Origin: Acidaminococcaceae bacterium
GTDB lineage: Bacteria > Bacillota > Negativicutes > Acidaminococcales > Acidaminococcaceae
Direction: 5' to 3'
Length of the DNA: 24,000 bases
Assembly: GCA_963678395.1 (NCBI GenBank)
Contig: OY782827.1
Span: forward strand, 790,506-814,505
This document shows positions 17,773 to 24,000 of this stretch, one piece after another. A program made the position numbers and the translations under genes. The number at the start of each line of letters is the position of its first letter. The first letter of the stretch is position 1. The notes under the pieces were generated by a model. It saw only the letters and a program-made list of their open reading frames with translations, was not told the origin of the DNA and did no database searches.

Positions 17773-18851
17773 CTTCTCACACGGTAGTAAGTCTTTCGCC
17801 GGATTATGATTTGGAAATAAGAAAAGTTACTTTGACAAATCATAGTGATAAGCCTAAAATCATAGAATTAACAAGCTACTTGGAGATAGTTGCCAATAGC
17901 TTTGCAGCCGAACTTGCTCATCCGGCTTTTAACAAACTTTTCATAGAAAACAGTTTCTTAGAAGAAAGCAATATGGTTCTGGCTAAAAGGCGAGGCAGCC
18001 TTAGTACGCCAAAACCGTATTTACTACATATGGTTAAGGCAAATACGGATTTTTTGCAGAAAATAGAATATGAAAACGATCGTTTAAGATTTATTGGACG
18101 TAATAATACGGTGCAAAACCCTATAGCAGTTATAGATAGTATGCCATTTTCTAATAATACTATTTTCTCTGATGATCCTATTATAAGCATGCGTGCGAGA
18201 GTTGTATTACCAGCATTCGGCAAAGTTAGTGTTTACTTTATTACAGGGGTTTGTGCAAATATTGTTGCAGCAAAAAGCTTAGGTAAAGAATTAAATGAGG
18301 TGGCTTGGATTGAGGAGATGAATGAAAAGTTCAGATTGCAAAGTATTCTTGAACTTAAGTATCTAGCTATGACAACGTCACAGCTTAATGCCTGCCAGGA
18401 CTTAGTCGCACCGATATTTTATCCTGCAAGGGCTTATCGTGGACCCTTAGAAAATATGCGACGTAATTGTAAAAATCAAAGAGACTTATGGAGATTTGGT
18501 ATTTCAGGAGACAATCCTATACTGCTATTTAGGGTTACGTCTAGTGAAGCCTTGGGAATAATGCAAGATGTATTTAAAGTTTATGAATATTTGCGTATAA
18601 ATGAAGTAAAGGTGGATTTAGTAGTGCTTAGTGAGGGTAAGCATGGTTATATGACCGAACTCAATAATTTATTGCAGGAAATGACTACTTCCCTTAAGAT
18701 ATTTGATGAAAATAGTGATAAGCATAATATATTTATACTAGATGCCTACCAATTAACCCCAGCAGAAGTTGATTTACTTCTTACAGTAGCCAAGGTAGTC
18801 TTTACGGAAGATACAGGGATTTATTTCCGTAAGATAAAGGAAGAACGGTAA
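17703..18851 (+). CDS. cgs: Cyclic beta-1,2-glucan synthase, segment 2 (-1 frame continuation; first GH94 N-terminal-like domain region)
   Basis: The -1 frame from 17703 reads EPDEYHVIFSLHQAEFKRRDGDITSHTVVSLSPDYDLEIRKVTLTNHSDKP..., continuing the domain begun in segment 1. The ORF-track TTG at 17811 has no RBS and lies inside this domain, so it is not a credible independent start. The segment ends at TAA 18849-18851. Confidence 0.75.
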   Translation, partial: EPDEYHVIFSLHQAEFKRRDGDITSHTVVSLSPDYDLEIRKVTLTNHSDKPKIIELTSYLEIVANSFAAELAHPAFNKLFIENSFLEESNMVLAKRRGSLSTPKPYLLHMVKANTDFLQKIEYENDRLRFIGRNNTVQNPIAVIDSMPFSNNTIFSDDPIISMRARVVLPAFGKVSVYFITGVCANIVAAKSLGKELNEVAWIEEMNEKFRLQSILELKYLAMTTSQLNACQDLVAPIFYPARAYRGPLENMRRNCKNQRDLWRFGISGDNPILLFRVTSSEALGIMQDVFKVYEYLRINEVKVDLVVLSEGKHGYMTELNNLLQEMTTSLKIFDENSDKHNIFILDAYQLTPAEVDLLLTVAKVVFTEDTGIYFRKIKEER

Positions 18852-18878
18852 TTATAACGTGGCTTTTCTAGAAAGAAG

Positions 18879-21323
18879 GTGCCGTATTTGAAAAAAAGGA
18901 AGATAAATTTGTCTGAAAAGGAAACCAATGGTAGAAAATATGAATTTTTCAATGGTTTTGGTGGCTTTGTAGCAAATGGACGCGAGTATGAAATATTTTT
19001 GCAAGATGATAATAGGCCACCGGCACCGTGGGTTAATGTTATAGCTAATGAAAATTTTGGCTTCTTTATTTCTGAAAGAGGAGCAGGACCAACTTGGGCT
19101 GGTAATAGCCACGAAAATAAAATAACGCCTTGGTCTAATGATCCTGTAAGTGATATTGCTTCCGAAGCCATATACATTAAAGAAGAAGGAAAGGAAAAGT
19201 TATTAACGCCTACGCCCATAGGGAGAAAAGGGCATGGGGACTATTTAGTAAGACATGGATTTGGCTATTCAATTTTTTGCCATGAAGAAGCATTAATAGA
19301 ACAAGAGCTTAAGGTTTTCACACCACTAGCAGAGCCTATGAAAATTTGGATATTGAAACTTAAAAATAACTCTAATATTGAAAAAAATCTAAGTAGTGCT
19401 TATTATGTGGAGTGGGTCCTTGGAGTTAACAGGGAAGATACGAGTCCTTATATTGTATCTTCTTATAATAATGAACATGAATATTTAGCAGCAAGAAATA
19501 TCTATAGTGATGCTTTAAGCAAGCAAAGTTGTTTTATTTTCTCTAGTGAGCGCATAGTTTCCTACACTGGTGACAGAAAAGAATTTTTGGGTAAAAAAGG
19601 TTCCATAGATAAACCGGAAGGGTTGAAAGGCAAGTTGTCTTGTACGACTGGTGTAGGCTATGATTCTTGTGGCGTTATCCAGGTCGCTGTAAAACTATTG
19701 CCTCGAGAAACAAAAACTATTGTTTTTGGTCTGGGGCAAAGCAGTTCTAGTACTGATATTAGCCAGTTGCAGAAAAAATATCAAAGTTTAATCAATATAA
19801 ACAGTGAACTGCATAAAGTTCAGGATTACTGGCATGAATTATTGGGAGTAGTGCAAGTTAAAACTACTGATAGAGCTATGGACATACTTATTAATGGTTG
19901 GTTGTTATATCAAACTATAAGCTGTAGATTAAATGCTCGAACGGCTTTTTATCAATGCGGTGGGGCCTATGGATTTAGAGATCAGTTGCAGGATGTATTA
20001 GCTCTTTTGGAGGTTGCACCGACAGTTACACGCCGTCAAATTTTGTTGGCGTGCAGCAGGCAGTTTGAAGAAGGAGATGTACAACATTGGTGGCATCCAC
20101 CATTTGGCTTGGGTGTTCGGACTAGGATAACTGATGATTTATTATGGCTTCCCTATGTTACAAGTGCTTATATAAAAAGTACTGGTGACTATGCACTATT
20201 AAAAGAAAAAGTAAATTATATCAAGGGGGATTTATTGGAAAATGGCCAAAATGAATCTATGTTTACGCCAAAAATTTCAGAGGTCAGCGGTAGCGTTTAC
20301 GAGCATTGCAAAAAAGCCATACTTCATACTCGTTTTGGTGAACATGGGCTGCCTCTTATAGGAACAGGCGATTGGAATGATGGCATGGATAAAGTTGGTG
20401 TAGGAGGAAAAGGAGAAAGCGTTTGGCTAGGTTGGTTTTTTGTTGCCGTGTTAAAAAATATTATACCTATTTGTTATCACGAAAATGACAGTGAATTTGC
20501 TAATGCCCAGGAAAAGTTAAGAAAAGAAGTTTTAAAAAATATAGAAGAGTTTGCTTGGGATGGTAATTGGTATATAAGAGCTTTTGATGATGAAGGAGAA
20601 AAACTAGGCTCAAGTGTAGGCGATGAATGTAAGATTGATTCTATAAGCCAATCTTGGAGTGTACTATCGGAAGGAGCGGAGAAAAAAAGAGCTGTGGAGG
20701 CAATTAATTCATCAGAGAAATATCTTGTACAAGAGAAAGAGGGACTTTCTTTGCTCTTGTTCCCACCGTTTAATAAGACATTGAAAAATCCTGGTTATAT
20801 TAAAAACTATTATCCTGGAATCAGAGAAAACGGGGGACAATATTCTCATGCAGCTGTATGGTTGGCCATGGCTTGCACCAAGGTTGGAGATTATAGCCGT
20901 GGATACAAACTTTTCACTATGCTTAACCCAATTCATATTACGTTGAAATACAATGATGCTCTTCGCTACAAAAGAGAACCCTATATAATGACAGCGGATA
21001 TTTCCTCTGCAGTAGGCAATGCCGGTATAGGGGGGTGGAGTTGGTATACTGGTTCGGCTAGCTGGATGTATCAAGGACTTGTTAATACCTTTTTGGGGAT
21101 TAAAAAAGAAGGTAAGTATCTAACTGTTTTACCTGGTGCGCCTGCTATATTTGGCGAATACAAGGTATGGTATAAATATGGGCATTCTTCCTATGAGATA
21201 CAAGTAAGTCAAAGAAAAAGCAACGATTATATTGTTAGAAATGTCAGAATTGATGGAGTTGTTTTAGAGGGTAATAAAATAGAATTGCTAGATGATGGCA
21301 AGCGTCACATTGTTACAGTTTGA
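18879..21323 (+). CDS. GH94 phosphorylase-like module (C-terminal part of Cgs, or a free-standing GH94 enzyme)
   Basis: 814 aa in the same frame as segment 2 but separated from it by TAA-TTA-TAA. It starts with the GH94 N-terminal domain signature (YEFFNGFGGFVANGREYEI...PAPWVNVIAN) and has the catalytic-barrel motifs GDWND (20367-20381) and GGQYSHAAVW. AGAAGGTG (18874-18881) could serve the TTG at 18888; the GTG at 18879 lies inside this SD-like element. Confidence 0.8.
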   Translation: MPYLKKRKINLSEKETNGRKYEFFNGFGGFVANGREYEIFLQDDNRPPAPWVNVIANENFGFFISERGAGPTWAGNSHENKITPWSNDPVSDIASEAIYIKEEGKEKLLTPTPIGRKGHGDYLVRHGFGYSIFCHEEALIEQELKVFTPLAEPMKIWILKLKNNSNIEKNLSSAYYVEWVLGVNREDTSPYIVSSYNNEHEYLAARNIYSDALSKQSCFIFSSERIVSYTGDRKEFLGKKGSIDKPEGLKGKLSCTTGVGYDSCGVIQVAVKLLPRETKTIVFGLGQSSSSTDISQLQKKYQSLININSELHKVQDYWHELLGVVQVKTTDRAMDILINGWLLYQTISCRLNARTAFYQCGGAYGFRDQLQDVLALLEVAPTVTRRQILLACSRQFEEGDVQHWWHPPFGLGVRTRITDDLLWLPYVTSAYIKSTGDYALLKEKVNYIKGDLLENGQNESMFTPKISEVSGSVYEHCKKAILHTRFGEHGLPLIGTGDWNDGMDKVGVGGKGESVWLGWFFVAVLKNIIPICYHENDSEFANAQEKLRKEVLKNIEEFAWDGNWYIRAFDDEGEKLGSSVGDECKIDSISQSWSVLSEGAEKKRAVEAINSSEKYLVQEKEGLSLLLFPPFNKTLKNPGYIKNYYPGIRENGGQYSHAAVWLAMACTKVGDYSRGYKLFTMLNPIHITLKYNDALRYKREPYIMTADISSAVGNAGIGGWSWYTGSASWMYQGLVNTFLGIKKEGKYLTVLPGAPAIFGEYKVWYKYGHSSYEIQVSQRKSNDYIVRNVRIDGVVLEGNKIELLDDGKRHIVTV

Positions 21324-21348
21324 ATAATATAATTGTTTGCTTATAGTT

Positions 21349-21386
21349 AAAATACGAATCAGACAATTGTCTGATTCGTATTTTTG
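21349..21386 (+). terminator. Rho-independent terminator after the glucan synthase locus
   Basis: Perfect hairpin aaatacgaatcagaca-attg-tctgattcgtattt followed by a T-run, 26 nt after the stop at 21323. Confidence 0.85.
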
Positions 21387-21465
21387 TGTTGAACTGTTTA
21401 TTGGAGGGCGATTGTTTTAATGGTAAACGAATAATTATTGCTTTTTCGAATAATAAGTGCTATGA

Positions 21466-21499
21466 TTCCTTTGGGTTAGCCTAGGCTAACCCAAAGGAA
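21466..21499. repeat. 34-bp perfect loopless palindrome
   Basis: ttcctttgggttagcct|aggctaacccaaaggaa is exactly self-complementary, centred on CCTAGG, with no adjacent T-run. It lies between the cgs terminator and the exonuclease gene. Confidence 0.9.
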
Positions 21500-21628
21500 A
21501 TATTTAATCAGTTTTTAAAGAATGACGATATCGCTGATATCTGCTATACTTTGGTAAAGCAATCCGGTAATATGTCAAGCCTCAAAAAATAAAGAATTGT
21601 AATCAAATCAGGGAAAAGAGGAGGATAT

Positions 21629-22366
21629 ATGATGAATAATTTTGAGAGTAAAAATGTAAATAGTATTATGAACAACCTGCAATTTGCAGGTAGTAATGCA
21701 AGACAAGTACGCAAAGCAAAGGGAAAAAACCTTATGGGAATTGCTGACGATTACGTAGTTATAGATATAGAAACAACAGGACTGGATGTTAGATGTGACG
21801 AGATCATTGAAGTTGCTGCTGCAAAAGTTGAGGGCGGTATAATTATTGATAAGTTTACTACACTAATTAAGCCGGAAAATAGAATAAATGCTTTTATAAC
21901 AGAACTTACTGGCATTACTAACGAAATGGTAGAAAATGCACCACCGGCGGAAACTGCTTTGCAGTCCTTCGTTGATTTTGTTGGTGACGGGTTGCTTATA
22001 GGTCATAATGTTAAATTTGATATTAACTTTCTTTATGATAATTGCCAAGATAAAATTGGTTATAATCTTTCCAACAATTTTCTTGATACTCTGAGACTTA
22101 GCAGAATGCTATTTGCCCAAGAGAAACAACATAAACTTACTGATTTAATAAATCGATTTGGTATTGGTCGTGTAGTAGAGCATAGAGCATTGGGTGATGT
22201 ATTGCAAACACAAAAATGTTATGAATACATGCTTGGATATTCAGTGGATCATAGTATGAAGCTAAAGCATCTGAATGCACAAGAGAAGTCGTCTTTAAGA
22301 GGCCAGGCAAACATAAAGAAAAAAATTGGGAGCGAGATGGGCAATTTATTTGCTGATGTAGAGTAG
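21629..22366 (+). CDS. DnaQ-like (DEDDh) 3'-5' exonuclease domain protein
   Basis: AGAGGAGG RBS upstream. Exo I motif VVIDIETTGL, Exo II GHNVKFDINFL, Exo III HRALGDVLQT. There is a ~40-aa N-terminal and a ~50-aa C-terminal extension of unknown role. Confidence 0.85.
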   Translation: MMNNFESKNVNSIMNNLQFAGSNARQVRKAKGKNLMGIADDYVVIDIETTGLDVRCDEIIEVAAAKVEGGIIIDKFTTLIKPENRINAFITELTGITNEMVENAPPAETALQSFVDFVGDGLLIGHNVKFDINFLYDNCQDKIGYNLSNNFLDTLRLSRMLFAQEKQHKLTDLINRFGIGRVVEHRALGDVLQTQKCYEYMLGYSVDHSMKLKHLNAQEKSSLRGQANIKKKIGSEMGNLFADVE

Positions 22367-22452
22367 TTTCATTTTAGTTTTTCGGTTCTAAGTGTTTGTT
22401 TTAGCAGTATAATAAAAGTAGTACTATTTCCTATGAAGAAAAGGATGGCATA

Positions 22453-23715
22453 ATGTTCAAAAAAATAATGCAGCAACTAACAACTATACATAAACCAAGT
22501 AAAGATACACTGGCTGTATTTCGTTACATCGGGCCGGGTATACTAGTAACCGTGGGTTTTATTGACCCTGGAAATTGGGCAGTTAATTTAGCGGCAGGTG
22601 CAAGCTATGGCTATACACTTTTGTGGACCGTCACATTATCGACAATAATGTTAATTTTGTTACAGCATAATGTTGCACATCTGGGCATTGTTACAGGAGA
22701 GTGTTTGGCAGAAGCTACTAGAAAGTTTTTAAAGCCTTGGATTGCTATAGTGCAACTTACCACCGCAATGTTGGCGGCTATTGCTACCGCATTAGCGGAA
22801 CTTTTGGGGGCGGCTATTGCGCTAAATCTGTTATTTAAAATACCTATCTTTATCGGAGCAGTTATTACTGCTGTGATTTGTACAATTATGCTTATTACAA
22901 ATTCTTATAGAAAGCTGGAAATGTGGATTGCGGGGTTTGTTTCACTTATTGCGGCTTCTTACTTATTTGAACTTTCCATGGTAAATGTAGATTGGGCTAA
23001 TGCCGCGGTTAGTTGGGTAGTGCCTACAACACCGGCAGGCTCTATGTTTGTAGTTATGGGAATCATAGGAGCAGTTATTATGCCACATAATTTATTTTTG
23101 CATTCTGAGGTAATTCAAAGTCGTCAATGGAATTTAGAAGACCCCAAGCTTATTGTAAGGCAACTTAGATATGAATTTGTTGATACATTATTTTCTATGA
23201 GTATTGGGTGGGCAATTAATAGTGCCATGATTGTATTAGCGGCTACTACGTTTTTTGTAAAAGGAATAAAGGTTGATGAATTACAACAAGCAAAGGAAAT
23301 GTTGGTGCCGTTGCTAGGCTCAAATGCGGCAGTGGTTTTTGCTGTAGCATTGTTATTTGCTGGATTTGCTTCCACTACGACTGCTGGTATGGCTGGAGCG
23401 AGCATATTTGCAGGTATGTTTCGTGAATCTTATGAAATGAGAGATATACATTCTAAACTGGGCTTAATTATTACTTATGTACCGGCACTTGCTATTTTAT
23501 TGTTTATCAGTAATCCTTTCTATGGTTTAATATTGTCACAAGTATTATTAAGTGTGCAATTGCCCTTTACCATATTTTTGCAGTTATATCTAACATCATC
23601 ACCACGAGTCATGGGAAAATATGTTAATAAAACTATAACAAAAATTTCGTTAGGAACCATAGGTATTATCGTGACTGTATTAAATTTATATTTAATGTGG
23701 GATTTGCAAAAATAA
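22453..23715 (+). CDS. mntH: Nramp-family divalent metal (Mn2+/Fe2+) transporter
   Basis: 420 aa and polytopic, with the Nramp signature GPGILVTVGFIDPGNWAVNLAAGASYGYTLLW and conserved MPHNLFLHS. Confidence 0.9.
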   Translation: MFKKIMQQLTTIHKPSKDTLAVFRYIGPGILVTVGFIDPGNWAVNLAAGASYGYTLLWTVTLSTIMLILLQHNVAHLGIVTGECLAEATRKFLKPWIAIVQLTTAMLAAIATALAELLGAAIALNLLFKIPIFIGAVITAVICTIMLITNSYRKLEMWIAGFVSLIAASYLFELSMVNVDWANAAVSWVVPTTPAGSMFVVMGIIGAVIMPHNLFLHSEVIQSRQWNLEDPKLIVRQLRYEFVDTLFSMSIGWAINSAMIVLAATTFFVKGIKVDELQQAKEMLVPLLGSNAAVVFAVALLFAGFASTTTAGMAGASIFAGMFRESYEMRDIHSKLGLIITYVPALAILLFISNPFYGLILSQVLLSVQLPFTIFLQLYLTSSPRVMGKYVNKTITKISLGTIGIIVTVLNLYLMWDLQK

Positions 23716-23838
23716 AATTGTGAATAAATTGAGATAATTATGCGCTTTTAATAAAAAAATGCTGGCATAAAAGCTAAAGCTTTAAAGTGTCATATTAGCA
23801 TAGCTGTATCTAGGGTTAATACTAGGAGGTGTTAAGTT

Positions 23839-24000
23839 ATGGAAGAAAGAATTAATGCTATTACACATGGAATTGGCGCCTTCATCGCGGTTATCGGCCT
23901 TTATCTACTTGTTTCACTGGCTTGGAGGTATGGTACGCTCTGGCATGTAGTAAGTTTTAGTATATATGGCGTAAGTTTAGTACTTATGTACCTCACGTCT
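23839..24000 (+). CDS. Hemolysin III / PAQR-family membrane protein (5' partial, runs off the window)
   Basis: AGGAGG 9 nt upstream of the ATG at 23839. The N-terminus MEERINAITHGIGAFIAVIGLYLLV...FSIYGVSLVLMYLTS matches the hemolysin-III family start (E-x2-N-x2-THG). Only 54 codons are visible. Confidence 0.7.
   Translation, partial: MEERINAITHGIGAFIAVIGLYLLVSLAWRYGTLWHVVSFSIYGVSLVLMYLTS

Noticed and set aside
17704-17800. A downstream RNA structure as stimulator of -1 frameshifting after the A_AAA_AAG site.
   Set aside because: I found only imperfect, bulged long-range pairing (17706-17722 with 17776-17799) beginning 2 nt after the heptamer. This is not a compact stem-loop or pseudoknot at the usual 5-9 nt spacing, and I cannot compute energies, so it is not used as evidence.
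1-24000. Mobile elements, CRISPR arrays, tRNA/rRNA genes and recognisable defence-system gene pairs.
   Set aside because: There are no transposase, integrase or recombinase ORFs, no regularly spaced direct repeats and no tRNA-like cloverleaf regions. The lone AAA_14/DUF4143 ATPase and the lone DEDDh exonuclease have no partner genes that would suggest a defence operon.

Overview
Low-GC, Firmicute-like chromosomal window with about 17 genes and no rRNA, tRNA, CRISPR array, transposase or integrase that I can recognise. Left to right: a LysR regulator broken by two frameshifts, then an intact YfcC-family transporter and an AbgB-like M20 amidohydrolase; a YitT-family membrane protein frameshifted in an A9 tract right after its ATG; a TIGR02328/DenV-like small protein; on the minus strand a small QueG/RdhA-like Fe-S protein, a translationally coupled FIST sensor plus PAS-GGDEF diguanylate cyclase pair, an AAA_14/DUF4143 ATPase and an ArsB/NhaD-type permease; an encapsulated-ferritin (EncFtn)-like gene followed 1 nt later by only the last ~43 codons of an encapsulin shell gene; an ~8.5 kb cyclic beta-1,2-glucan synthase (Cgs/ChvB/NdvB-type) locus read as three consecutive ORFs; then a DnaQ-like exonuclease, an Nramp/MntH transporter and the 5' end of a hemolysin-III family gene. 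Most notable are the split giant glucan synthase, with one break on a canonical A_AAA_AAG heptamer and one at a tandem-stop domain boundary with its own SD-like signal, and the orphaned EncFtn cargo with a shell remnant. All four frameshifts in the window fall in poly-A tracts, with both indel signs. That favours homopolymer sequencing error or slippage, and it must be resolved before any pseudogene or recoding claim is trusted. All functional calls rest on my reading of the translated ORFs and motifs; no database search was run.
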